Source of the DNA: Felis catus
Taxonomy: Eukaryota
Reading direction: 5' to 3'
NCBI RefSeq assembly: GCF_018350175.1
Contig: NC_058368.1
Location: forward strand, 91,390,001 to 91,454,000
DNA length: 64,000 nucleotides
A program made the translations under genes and the position numbers. Position 1 is the first letter of the stretch, and every line of letters starts with the position of its first letter. The notes beneath the pieces are model-generated. The model was given only the letters and a program-made list of their open reading frames with translations. It did not search any database and had not been told where the DNA came from. This document shows positions 10,997 through 23,810 of this stretch, one piece after another.

Positions 10997-13900
10997 GAAA
11001 AGAAAAAGACCCACATACCTAAGGTTATCTGTTGGTTAGCTACAGATAGAAAAGTGCCCAGCATACCTCACAGTGATTGAGGAGCTCAGACCTAGGTTCA
11101 GTGGCTGTTTCCCCATAAGTCAGCCTGGGGCCATTAGAGACTGGAACAGGTACCCATGGGCTCCAGGTGCCCAACCATGCCCAGCCCTCTGAGGCTCTTA
11201 TATAGGGCTTGTATGGGAGCAGCTCCAGGCACCCCCAAGGGATCCAGGCATTGCATTCCTGGGTTCCCCTATGCAGGCTGAGGCCATCATAAGTGGGATC
11301 TCGTGAGGCAGGTAGCCACCCACTCACATTTTCCCATCTGCCACAGGCCTGTACAGATAATTTTATGTCCTATGACATCATGATGGCCAGACTGGCTAGG
11401 GTGCTATGACCTCATGATAACCCCAGATTAAGGGCATGTTTCATCCTGCCTTCTTCCAGGAAATGAGGGTGGTTGGGATACCTCAAGGTAGGAGAACGGG
11501 CAAAGGAACACTCAGAAGGGGCTAAGCAGATGTCAAGTGGTCTCTGCCAGTCAGACCATACGGGCAGAATGGTACCCTACTTCCCAAGTAAGGGGTAACT
11601 GCTGAAGAAGAAACACTGGAGGACCTTCTAGAAGGTCAAGGAGGTCATGAGGCCCGAGGACCTTTTCATAAAAACAGTCACAGATAGCTCACTGGGATCA
11701 CTCGTGCTAGGCCAATCAGGTGTGAGTTTAATATCCGTATTAGAGAAAAAGAGGACAAGTCTTTATCCAAAGAAGAGGCTACAAATGAGCATTAAGAACA
11801 CTTTCTAAATGTATCCAGATTAAGTCAGATTTATAGATGTGGAATTTCAATCCTGGTTTGTAAATGAGTTCATGGATACATGTATAAACATGAGACTCTG
11901 GAAATTTCCCTATTCCCTTTGGTCCACAGCATACCATTTCCCAGTTTTCCAGTCAAAGCCCAGCTCAAGAGCAAGTGTGCAAGGACTGGCATAGAAGATA
12001 AAGGCCCCAATCCTGGGGATAATTGACAAGGACAGTGGCCTAGTTGGGCCTGACTCCATCCACAGGCAGCCCTGGAAATCCACCAGGACACATCCCTGAT
12101 CTCCAGAGACAGCTTTCAGCAGAGAGGAAGGGAGCTGATGGCTATGGCTACACTCCCAGACCTCAAGCTCAGCCGCATGCAAGCAGCCACCCTGTGGAAA
12201 GTGGGGAGCACCCTCAAAACACCCCCCAACATGTTTGGGACTGTTGAGCAGACACTGGGTGATGTGGGACTGAAGAGAAGGTAAGTGGAACCAGAACCTC
12301 AGTAAAACAAGAGGCAAGTGAAATCATCATCATCATCAGAAATCCCACTACATCCCAGAGTTCTATCACACCTGAAAGGCCATCCTCAGACAACTGAAGG
12401 AACACTGCTTGAGAGTGGGCCAGGAAGATCTACATCTACTTTCCAAGTGGGAAAAAACAAGGTCCTGAGAGTCTATATGGCCTGCTGTATATTCGCCTGG
12501 GATTCCAACTTTAGAACCAGCTGCCTTTGCCAAGATCCCAAGTCAGTGTGATGGGTCACATTCAGGCCTTGTGAATGTGGGGCCTGTGCAGGGGTGACTG
12601 CAGGCCTTGTGGATGCAGGGACCAGTCTGGCTGAGTGAAGTCTGACCTTGACTGCTACATCACTCAGGACCTTGAACGTTAAACATGACCAGGACCCCTG
12701 AGAGGCTCAGGGAACCTAGTGAGTGATGTGTGATGAGGACCTCTAGGACCCAGCCTGGTACCCAGGGCCTGAGTCTTCCCCTGTCACCTTCAAGCTATTT
12801 CCTGAACTTCACCCACAAGAAACTCCCATCTCTCCACAGGATCTAGATAGATCCTTTATTAACTCTGAATCAGATCTGGACACTTTGAGATTATGTAAAA
12901 CATTGACCCTGACTCCGTTCAGGAGGCAAAATATCGGCACAGTCTCCTGTAACCATGAACCTTTCCTTCTCCAAGGTCAAGGTCATGAATAAACTTTGGA
13001 ATGGACACTCAACCTTGATCTCTTTCTCCTTGTAGCCAGATAGGAGGAGAGAGACACGGAAGCCAAAGAACTGGGAGTGGGGCTCAGTTTCCTGAGGCTT
13101 TCATATCGGCCATCCTTCTCCTCCTGCTATCTTGTTCATTCTTAGTGCTCACAGGCTCAAGGAACAACTTGGACATCAGAGTTAACAGCCTTTCAATCCT
13201 GTCTTCAGCATCTTATAGGAGGGCAGGCTTGTCCTTTCATTTAGGAGTTTTGGGCCTCATCCTCCTATGACAGTGAGCTGCAGCTGCTTCAGTAGAATAT
13301 TTCTGTGTCGCATATACACCCATGCACGTATGTTGAGGTCATATAGTCTTACATCTGTTTCTCCACATGCCTCACAATGAGCTTTGCTCCCAATATATAT
13401 CCCAGCTTACTGTAGTCCTCTTGAAAATCAAACAGTTTATTATCTATTACTAATAAGTTTAGTCCAAACCATTAGGACTTGGACAAATAGTCTTCCTGCT
13501 CAGAATGTGAACTTAGTGAGAGCTGAGAGGACTTTGTGGTCACTAGAGGATGCTTGTGAGGGGCCATGGATCCAAAAATGAACATTCCAGAGAACACAGA
13601 CCCTCTGTCTTGGGTGTCAAAACCCAGGCAGAGGATACTCTGCTAGGACCAGAGGGTGGGCAATGCACCCATAGATTAGTCAGAGACAAGGGTAGATGCA
13701 GGCACATCTGCTGGGTTTAAGTGCAGTCACCCTGTCTGGGAGCCCCTTCCCCAGGGCACGTCTGTGGAAATAGACACTGGTACTTAAAACTGATTAGACT
13801 GGACTCTACATGCCCACCCTGGGAGGCCTTTCAGAGACTCTCCTTCAGGGCACAGGAGGCAGCTGCTGCAGGTACACCAGGACCCAGGGTCCTTTCTCTT

Positions 13901-14891
13901 GGTACTGGGGGTGACTGTAGGAAGGCTGCCAGGTGGATACCCACACCCACCTACCCATCCACTCAGAGGCCTCAAGAGACAACCAGATGCTGTCAGAAAT
14001 GAAACATCAAGGAGTCAGAAGTGAACACAATGCTGTTCTAACGAAGGTAGGACCAAGATAACCGAGCACTAAGAGCCACCTGTCCCCAGCCTTCCCCCCT
14101 GAGACCTGAGGGAGGTGCTAGCCAGCACTGGGGGCACCAGGGACACCAAAGGGCTGAAGAGTCCTACAATGGGAGAGGCAAGGCTCCTCTGGAAGAGGGT
14201 AAGTCTGGGGTTCACCCTGAACACAAATATGGTCCCTCTGTGTGTCTGAGACCCCTGTGCACAGCCCCACCTCGACTACCTCAGCCTCTTATCACACACT
14301 TGGGTTAAAGTGAGGAACAAATTCCTCAGTTTCTCTCTCTGCTCCAATTTCTTTTCCCCTGACAGTCTTACAATATAATTTTCCTCATGCCTTCCAGGAA
14401 CATACAGTGACTCCATCTCTTCAAATGCCTCCAGGTCACTTCCATGACACTTCAGCCACTGTTCTGGGCTCTCAGGCACCCACAGTTCAGACCCATGAAG
14501 ACCTTCCTCCAGGAAAACCTAAATGTGTTAATTCACATCTAGTACCTTGCCTGTAAGATACTAATACAGTGCCCCTTGTATTCTTCAGCCAAGAACTTAA
14601 ATACTCTGTGTAAATACGTTTAACTGAAATTCTTACATTCTTGCTGAAATTGTTTTCATCTAAAAAGTGAAACTATTTCCCTTACAGTGAGGATTTGCCA
14701 TAATATGATTCAAGGATAAACGTGAGCATTTCTTCACATGTCCTCAAGACAATCATATAAACATTTGAAAAGTCACTTCGTCAAATGCAATATCCCCCAA
14801 GAGTCAATCTCAGGAAGAATTCTAAGTGTGGCCCTCATCCTCTTCCCTGAGCTGCTCTGACATTTATAATGTTCTCTTCAGTCTCTCAGGG

Positions 14892-16837
14892 TGAGAAAAT
14901 GGCAGAGCAGCATGGAGACCCTGAACTTGTCTCATCCCTGAAATGCAGCTAGATCTGCACCAGACCATTTTGAACACCTAGCAGATTGATCTGAGGATTA
15001 ATGCAACAATCTGCATAGATTGAGCACAGAACTCAGCAGTTATGTGGGTGCAGACAGGTGAACTGGGGGAGAGAAAAGCTGCAGAGGGTAGGGAGTGGTT
15101 TTTGCAGAGAGAGGACAGAGAAAGAGAAAGGGGGAGAATGCGGTAGGTCGGGATCATGCAAGAAAAGCACTCCCCCCACCAAAATAGCTGAAGAGAGTGA
15201 AAACACTCACAGGGAACTGAACAAGTAATCGGTTCCCCAAAACCATTACAGGAAGAAATGAGGTTTCAATACCACAGGATTCTATAAAAGGTGGAACACA
15301 GAGTCTGAAGTTCCAGAGCTCAGTGCCTGGTGGTGCTCTGGTGAGGAAGCATGGTCTGAGGGGTCTACATGCCACATGGGGAGAAGTGGTTTCCTTGTTT
15401 GGAGTGCATTTGGTAGAGGCCATACAACCTCCCACAGGCAAAGGTCCCAGCAGACCCCAAGGAGCAGCCATGTTTGCTGGTATTGGGACAAAGATGTCAG
15501 AGTGTGGTGGCATGGGCTCTGTTGTGATTTGCCACAATCTCTGAACCTCTGTCACTCTGAAATCACACAAATGTTTTCTGGGGCAAGCCAGCACCGGTCA
15601 TTGCTCAGCAAGACGCTCCTCCAGAGAATCACAGCAGGTCCAAGCTGCAGAGTTCTCTCAAGTATGGGGTTTTGAAACACAACCCCATCTGGTATAAAAT
15701 TCTGGAGGGAGGTGCCACTTGGGAGGCAGATGGCTTGGTCAGACAGGGTAGAGCCAGGGAGTGGATAGAGGCCTGAAACAAAGGAGGGGTGCTTGATCGG
15801 AGGTCAGTGAGTGTGAAGTTCCTGCACCAGAGACTAGGGAGCTGGATGAAGCCATTTCCACCTCTCCTGCACATACACATGTGCATAGGCATACTGATCC
15901 ACCCCAGTAAGTCAAGCAGTACCACCTAGTGGAGAACAGAGCCAATATATCAACCCCCCCTCCGACACACACACAACTATACCCTCCAAGCCCATCCCCC
16001 AGAAGACCAGCACAAGTCACTCCATCTGCTTGATGGACTCTATAGTGGACCATCCAGTGCTAATAGTTTCAGTTCTAGGAGAAACTGGATGTAACATCAT
16101 TCTAGTTTCATTCTGTTGGCTGGTTCATTTATTTGTTCATTTTCCTTGCTTTGCTTATGTTTTTGCTTAAATTGTTTTTCCTTTTTCCTCTTCTTTCTCT
16201 TCCTTGGATGCAGGGGAAAAAAACTTACTTCATTTTAAATTTTCTATTGTATTTCATTTTATTTTATTCTAATATATATATTTTTTAATTTTTTTCTTAC
16301 CTTTTTCTTTCCTTTCCCTTTCTCTATTCTATCAAGCTTTTTTCAACAAGCAGACTAAAACACCCCTAGGATTTAGTGTCCTTTGATTTGTTTTGTTTTT
16401 AATTTCTTAATTTTTAGTTGCTTTTATGTTTTTCCTTCCTCCAAAATGACAAAACAAAGGAATTCACCCCAAGAGAAATGACAGCCCAGGCCCTTAACAC
16501 AGATATAATATGTCTCAAGTAGAATTTAGAACCATGATAAGAACACTAGCTGAGGTTGAAAACAGCATAGATGACACCAGAAAATCCCCTTCTGCAGAGA
16601 TAAAAGAAGTGAAAATGTCGTCAGGCCAAAATTAAAACTGCTATAACTGAGATGCAATCTCAAATGCATGCCACGATGGCAAGAATGGACAAAATAAAGC
16701 ATCGAACAATATAGAAGATTAAATTATGGAGAATGAAGCAGAAAAAAAAAAGGAAACAAAGGCAAAAACCCACGATACAAGACTTAGAGAACTCAGTGAC
16801 TTCTTAAAAAGGAAGAACATCTGAATCATAGGACACC
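14892..16837 (+). mobile_element. 3'-truncated LINE-1 (5'UTR plus the start of ORF1) with a perfect TSD
   Basis: Starts aaaatggcagagcagcatggagaccctgaacttg (carnivore L1 5'UTR); ORF1 relic from ~16446 ends at 'atcataggacacc'. Flanked by cagtctctcaggg at 14879-14891 and 16838-16850. No poly(A). Confidence 0.9.
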
Positions 16838-19800
16838 CAGTCTCTCAGGGATAAAAAACAAGGAAAGTAAAGAGAAGCTGGCAGAACCCAAGCTTCTACA
16901 CCCAGGGCACACATTAGAACCACCTGGGTTCTAATTGCCACTATTTGGGCCCCGCCTGGATCATCACATCAGACTCACTGAAGAAGGGACCCTCCTCAGC
17001 ACTGGGAAGGCTTCTCCAGGTAGTTCTAATCAACAGCTTCAGTATGACTCACCCAAAGCCCAGCTCCCTGGAGCACAGTGAAGTGGGGAAGGCCAAGGAG
17101 AGCCCTGCTCTCAGATGTAACTCATGATAGGGTGCGCATGCATTCCTCTATGAGAATAGAGCTCTATCCAGGGTGCATGCTGAGATCACCCAGAGACTTC
17201 AAGAATATAAATCCCTGGACCTCAACCCCAATGTACTGAAGTCTCAAACACCGGGACCGACCATTGATAGGAATCCACTGTCCCATCAGGACTGGGAAGT
17301 AGTGGACAGCTGAATTCACTTGCATACACGATCCATGATCTCACTAACCTTAGATAGCAGGGGGAGAAGGGAACTTGGCCAAGGACTTACACTGGAATTT
17401 ACCAAATGTGGGCTGAGGTCAAGGACAGAAAAAGAGGACAGTACTTATGAGTTCACTCCCTGGAAGGCCTTTATGCACAAAAACAACAACACCTCAGTCA
17501 GGGATAGGAAACCAACTTGATGAATAGTCCTAGAGGGCGATGCATAACTAACACAGTTATGCACAGGAGCACAGCTCCCAAGACAAAAGGATGCTCAATG
17601 TACTTAGGATGGTGAAGATCAGTGTGGCTGGAACATGGATAATTGAGGAAAGTCAGCCTGATCAAGTGGACAGACATTGAAGAAAGAAATCACTGTCCTG
17701 AATAGCCTAACAAAGAGGCGTGGTCTGCACATCAGGACAGTGAGAGAAAGATCCCCATCAGAATGCTGTGGCTGTTAACCTTCCATGCCTGGACTTTTTA
17801 CTTCTAGTGTGGAAACATCTAGTTCATGCCCCATATGTGTGATGGTGGATTAAGTATTCTGCCTAAGTTGAAGCTGCGAGTGAGGGATGAAGGGAATTCA
17901 GGAATTGTTCCCTATGAGGTGATGTTATGGGCTCCCCAGCATGTGATCTACACGAACATCTTAAGATTCCTCATAGGACCCCTGCCCCTTCAGCTGTCCA
18001 TTGTATCTCCACACCCATTTCCTGTCTCCTCCCCAGCGGACCCCACCTCAGAGACAGTGAGCCACCCTCTTATGACTGAAGATTTAGAGGATTTGAACAT
18101 CAAAACCTACTGCACCTGACACAAGGAATGCCATGCCTGCTGCTGTGTAATTGAACAAGATGACCTCAGTTTGTCTTGTGCCTGGGGCTCAAGCAGAACA
18201 CAGACTAAGAGGCAGGGAGAAAAGTCAGCTTTCTGGTGCCTTGGGGGCCATAATTCTTCTCCCTCTCTTCCATTGCTCTTCCTGCAGAGACTCCTTCCCC
18301 ATCATGGCAGCTTTCTGATCATAGAGGAGAGAGCTAGAATCCTGTCTTAGCCTTTCCTGCCTGTAGGACCAGATGGCTGTTCTGTCAGATTCCTGGGCCT
18401 CATTTCCTCCACTTAATGTGCATTATGCTTCTCACTCCAGTAGACACTTCCTGCATTACAAGAAAAGTACCTAGTGCAGTTGTATACATTTTAATATTAA
18501 CATATGTGTTTATTTGTACTGTGTTTTTTAGACCTATTTTTCCCCATTTCCCATGACAAGTTCAAGTGAACATACATCCCATGAATAGACTCGCAAGTTT
18601 TATCTTCAACAATTGCTCAATTACAAACATCTACATCTATGTAGGCCCAGCTTCTCTTTCCTGACAATACTTAAAATAACACAAAACAATCCAGAATAGA
18701 GTATGTGCAAAAAAGTTCCTTTCCTGTGGAGAATAAGCAGCTCTGTGAGAACTCCTTTGCCTGATGAGTCATAGAAGGCAACTATTACCTCACCCCTGGG
18801 GCATAAATGAACATTTACACCCAAAGCTGGGGTTGCTTGAGAATTTCGAACACAGTGCCCTTTGTATTCAAGTATTCAGTCAATAACTTAAATGTATTTA
18901 CATAGAAAATGTTTAACTAATTACTGTATGTATACTGAAAACATCGTTTTACACTAAAAAGTGAAACCATTTCACTTACAGTGAGGATTTGCCATAAGCT
19001 TTAAGGCAGAACACGAGCATTTTCTCACACGTCCTCAAGAAGACAGCCCTAAAAACACTAGAAGAGTCACTTCAAATGCAATCTCTCTCCAGGATCCACC
19101 TCGGGAAGAATTCTAGGTCTGTCCCTAGTCCTCTTCCCCAAGCTGCCTGATCTTTATAAACCTCTCGAGTCTCTCAAGGAGAAAAAAAACAAAGTAGAGA
19201 TTGCTTGGACATTCTTGAGGCTGAGTTTCTGCACCCAGAGTGCACATTAGAACCACCCAGAACCTTTAGAACTGTTGCTCCACCTGGATCATCAGATCAA
19301 ATTCACTAAAGAAGGGACCCTCCTCAGCACAGGGAAAACTTCTCCAGGTGGTTATGATCTACAGCCTCAGTATGACTCACTAAAATCCCAGTCCCCTGCA
19401 GCATGGTGAGATGGGGAAGACCAAGGAGGCCCCTGCTCTCAAGTGAAGCTCAAACCCAGATGTATGATGTGTTTCTAGGGAGTAACTCTCCACCCAGGTT
19501 ACATGCTGAGATCACCCATGGGATTTTTCAGAAAACAAATGCCTGGACCTCAATCCAACATACCTTAGTCTGAAGCACTGGGACTGACCTTTGAAAAGAG
19601 GGGTCCACTGTAGCACCAGGCACTAGGAACCTATTCTGAATTCACTTGCATACACGATCCATGATCTCACTGAGCTTAAACAACAGTGGGAAAGGGATCT
19701 TGACCTTGGAATTACACTAGAATTTACTAACTATTGCTGAGGTCACAGAGAGAGTGCGGGGGCAACAGCTATAAGGGGACACCATCTGGAAGGCCTTTAT

Positions 19801-20076
19801 GCACAAGATGACTGACACCTCAGTCTGGAGTAGATTCCAGCTGGATGAAGGCATAGGGATCCTGAGACAACAGCATGCTCGAAGTACTTAGGATGATGCA
19901 GAATATCAGCGTGGCTGGAGCATGAGAGTAGAAGACGACCAGCAAGATCTAGCAAGGGTATGTGGAAGAAACTGCTGTCCTGAAGAGCTAAACAAGGAGG
20001 TGTAGCCCACATACCAGTAATCACATAGGCAGGGTGCCCATCAGATTGCTATGGCTGTTTTCCATTGGATTGACTT

Positions 20077-20260
20077 TTTAATTTATTTATTTTGAGAGAA
20101 AGAGTGAGAGCATGAGCCGGAGAGGGGCAGAGAGGGAAAGAGAATCCCAAGTAGTCTCCACACCATCAGTGTGGAGCCTGATGTGGGGCTTGAATTCAGA
20201 TGGGAAGATCATGACCGGAGCCGAAACTAAGAGCCAGATGCTTAACTGACTGAGCGCCCC
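20077..20260 (-). mobile_element. Can-SINE, antisense
   Basis: T-rich tail, then gagagaaaga...cctgatgtggggcttgaa...gatcatgacc...cttaactgactgagc; TSD ccattgga(t/g)tgactt at 20062-20076 and 20262-20276. Confidence 0.92.
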
Positions 20261-20298
20261 ACCATTGGAGTGACTTAATGTCTACATTTCTAGTGTGG

Positions 20299-20735
20299 TG
20301 TGGGGAAATAGGGTCTATAAAAAGCTCAGGACAGAAAGTCGCCACCAGGGGGCAAAAGCACCCAAGGTTAACGAGCGAGATAGTGTAATGGGATCATGAG
20401 TAACTTGTTTTATCACCTGCAGGAAATCACTTAGCAGCTGACGCCAAAATACTACTGTACTTTGATCACCAACTCTACTTGGCACTCCCCACACCCTTCG
20501 CTTCTTACGTATACAAGTTAATGATTACTTTGATTGTTTTCTCCACGTTCACGTGTGTAAGATCTTGTTTTCTTCACATTCACCACGTGGGTAATATCTT
20601 GTGAGCTCAAAAAAAATACGGAGACAAAACCTCTGTTCAGGGCTCTGGTCTCCTCCCAGACATTAGCCTCTCTCGTATTCAACTCTGTATCCACTCTCTT
20701 GCTAGGCAAGAGAGAACTCCAGACAGTCTGCGACA
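20299..20735 (+). mobile_element. Solo LTR, probably ERV2/ERVK-like
   Basis: TG...CA ends (tgtggggaaa ... tgcgaca), 437 bp, 6-bp TSD gtgtgg at 20293-20298 and 20736-20741; absent from paralogous units. Orientation is inferred. Confidence 0.88.
20339..20356 (+). promoter_or_regulatory. CTCF-binding motif inside the solo LTR
   Basis: tcgccaccagggggcaaa matches the CTCF core GCCACCAGGGGGC. Confidence 0.55.
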
Positions 20736-21634
20736 GTGTGGAAAAAACATCCAGGTCATGCTACTTATTTATACTCTAAAATTACAAGTTTGAGGCTGTG
20801 AATGAGGGATAAAGTGAATTCAGGAATTGTTTCCTAGGAGATGCTATGGGCCCTCCACACCACATGTGACCTACAAGGAACTTCATAAGGTCCCTGAAAG
20901 GACCCCAGCACCCTCAGCCCTCTATGGTATCTCCACAACCATTTCCTGTCTCCTCTCCACTTATCCTACCCCAGAGGCCACTTCTGATGACTGTGCCGAG
21001 TTTTTACTTTAATTTGAAAGCTGATCCCACCTGCACTTGACACAAAGGATGTCATGGCTACATCTTGTCCCCAATCCCAGTAGAATGAAAAGAAGTTGTA
21101 TAATTAAGAGGACATCTAATTTTGTCTTGTGCCTGGGGCTCAAGCAGAACATAGACCAAGGGTCAGGGAGAACACTCAGCTTCCTAGTGCCTTGGGACCC
21201 ATTGTTCTCCTCCCTCTCCTCCATTGCTCTTCCTGCACGGAGTCTCCTTCCTCATCATGGCAGCTTTCAGATCAGAGAGGAGGGAGTTGGAATCCTGCCT
21301 ATAGGATCAGAGGGCTGTTTTGCATTCCAGATTCCTGGAACGCATGCCCTCCATTTAGGTACAGCTCCTGCTTTTCACTCCAGTGGACACTTTTGCCATT
21401 ACAATAGAAGTACCAAGCATAGTTTTATAAGTTTTCACATAACATAGTTGTTCATTTGTACTGTACCCTTTAGACCTGTTTCTCCACATTTCCTCGAAAA
21501 ACTTCATCAGATGATTCCACATCCTTTTGAGTAGACTCAAAGTTTTGATTGAACAACTTGTCAGGCACAAACATACACCTATGTAGACTCCTTTTTTCAT
21601 TTTACTAACAATTCCTAAGATAAGAAAACACCTG

Positions 21635-21682
21635 AGTGTGTGTGTGTATGTATGTATGTGTGTGTATGTATGTATGTATGTG
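21635..21682. repeat. (TG)n/(TATG)n compound microsatellite
   Basis: Seen directly. Confidence 0.9.
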
Positions 21683-22444
21683 TACATACATACATATCTT
21701 AGCCATGGAGAATATAAGCTTGGTGAGAACTCAGTTGCCTGATGGGTCATAGAGGGAACCCATCATCTCACCCCTGGGGCACAAATGAACATTTGTACCT
21801 AGGGCTGGTTCGTTGAAAGCTTCTGAACTGTGTGTTAAATCCCAGGCCGAGGGTCACACGGGGATCTGCTGGCCTGGGCGGTACACCATAGATTGACAGC
21901 CTTGGGTACTGGTGCATGACCACCCTGATCAGTGGCCTTCCCCCAGAGACAAGACCCTATGTCCAGTTACCCAAGTTAGGAGGGCTGGTCTGGACACTAA
22001 GGACAAGACACGCAGGATTGTCAGTGAAGATGCTACTGCTGGTGTCCATGGGAAAAGCCCAACTTGATGCCAAAACTAATTTAATTCCAGAGTGAAGAAC
22101 CATCAGTTAATTTCACATTTATATACAGGCTGGTGTTTCTGCACTCTGCCCTAGCCTAGAAACCCTCAGCAAGGAATAAAGGATTCAGAAATCAAGGGTG
22201 TGCATTTGTGAAAATGCCCCAAACTTTCATTCTCAAGGTGAGAGGATGGGGCCCAATGATGCTCCACAATCTCTGCCCACATTGTGATCAGGCACAGCCT
22301 CTCACAGGGACCAAATCAAATGCTAGTTTAGTGGCCCCTATGATTACAGATGTACTCCAAGTCCTAAGTCCTCAAATTAACCAGTCTTTGTGGACTGGAC
22401 AACTCACCCAGAGGGTGAGACAGAAATTCTCCTCCTCTGTGGTT

Positions 22445-23810
22445 TTTAAAACCACCAGAAGATCTCAGTTGGTCCATCCATACTTGACCAGTCATGGGTG
22501 AGTTTTCTAACCCTATTAAAGGAAATTCTGGCCAGAGGAAGAGCCTATACACAACCTTTGACAACACCTTCAAAATATGTGCTTCTTTAGTCAAATCTAC
22601 AGGTCTGGAATTTCAGCATGATTTGGGAATTATTTCATCGAAAGCTGGTTGACCATGTGACTCTGGAAACCCCAGCATCTCTCTAGACCACAGCACACCC
22701 TCTCCCAGGATTCCACTCACAGCCCAGCTCAGGTGCAGATGTGTGACAATGGCAGAAGAGAATAAAGGCCCCAAACTGGATGAACCAAGTGGGAAAGTGG
22801 TCTGGTTGGCCCTAACTATTCTCAGGCAGCCCTTGGAATCCACCAGTACATCCCTCAGCTCAGGACACAGTCCCAGCTGAGAGGGAGGCTGAAAGTCACA
22901 GCTATTTCCCAGGACCTCTGAACTCAACCCCACACAAGCAGGCTTCCCGTAAAAAGTGAGGAGCAGCATGGACATCCTCCCTCCTTACCATGGCTGGGGG
23001 TTGAGGAGTCGACACTGGGAGAGTTGGACAAGTGGATCCAGAACCTCACTAACCCTGGAGGCAGGTGGAATCCCTCTGGCCCATCTTCAATTGGTCAGAA
23101 ATCCCACATCCCAGAACTTTGTTACCCCCAGAAGGCCATCAGCAGACAAATGACAAAATGCTGAGAGAAGGCTTTAGAGATCAACACCTCATTGCAAAGT
23201 AGAAAAAAACAATGTCACCAGGGTTGCTGTCACCTACACATGGGATTCCAACTTTGAAGACAGCTGCCTTTGCCAAGTTCCCAAAGCCATTGGGATTTGT
23301 CACATCCTCTGGATGCAGGTGTTGCTCTGGCTGAAGGCAGTCTCACCTTGACTGCTACTTTGCTCAGGAACCCTAAAATCTAAACAGGACCAGGGCCCCC
23401 CAGAGGCTCAGGGAGCACAGGAAGTGATGTGTGATGACGACCTCCAGGACTAGGCCAGGCACCTGAGCCTTCCCCGGTCACCTTCAAGCCCATATCCTGA
23501 ACTTCAAGAGATCTTCCCAGTACTCCCCAGGAGTGGGACTGGACCTCCGTTACCTCTGAACCAGATCTAGAGGCTTTGAGATTCTAATACTGACCCCAAT
23601 TGCACTGGGGAGACAAGGTATTAGCACAAGCCACTGTAACCATGAAACCTTTCCTTCCCTATCAAGGCTAAGGTAATGAAACAGAATTGAGATGGAAACA
23701 GACAACATTTACTTCCTTCTCTTTGGTGGCCATGATTGAGGAGAGAATGGGAAGCCAAGGAGCTGGGAGGGGACTCAGCTTCCTAGGGCCTTGAGATAGC
23801 CACCCTTCTC
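22445..23810 (+). pseudogene. 5'-deleted SPATA31-like large-exon fragment (type 2 unit)
   Basis: Homologous to 11665-13100, 30360-31740 and 54970-56380; starts at the shared deletion junction ttctcctcctctgtggtttttaaaacc. Confidence 0.6.

Larger units (their letters stand above)
3133..13100 (+). pseudogene. SPATA31/FAM205-family-like pseudogene, copy 1 (split by an L1 at ~4605-10531 and a SINE at 3716)
   Basis: Collinear decayed motifs: ATG 3133 MLRGLWVCSDLWAPSLYSASPIFHLSPD; ~3590-3672 SRDKA..KEEADE/WKLMEFKS (cf. FAM205 RDAA..REEAEK..KLLSIIKS); ~4210-4297 NAAVSHLKVPAPVHHHPPSIWRVLSLPQM (cf. DAAP..PAPLTEHPLPLASTLSPGPM); ~4340-4432 IPEPCMVMTMPFPAFLSGAPIPQQHSPSPLV (cf. [29 protein letters not shown]); ~11795-11860 EHFLNVSRLSQIYRCGISILV (cf. 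ENILKAH.RNLGQ.NEGLIPV). Many stops and frameshifts. Family sequences were recalled, not searched. Confidence 0.65.

Noticed and set aside
15917..15932. CTCF-like ccactaggtggtactg (minus strand) in the L1 5'UTR
   Set aside because: Weaker match with a mismatch in the core GGC; not supportable alone.
21511..21535. tgattccacatccttttgagtaga resembles miR-506/508-family 3p arms
   Set aside because: There is no proper complementary 5p arm or loop, it is poorly conserved among units, and it is inverted in two copies.
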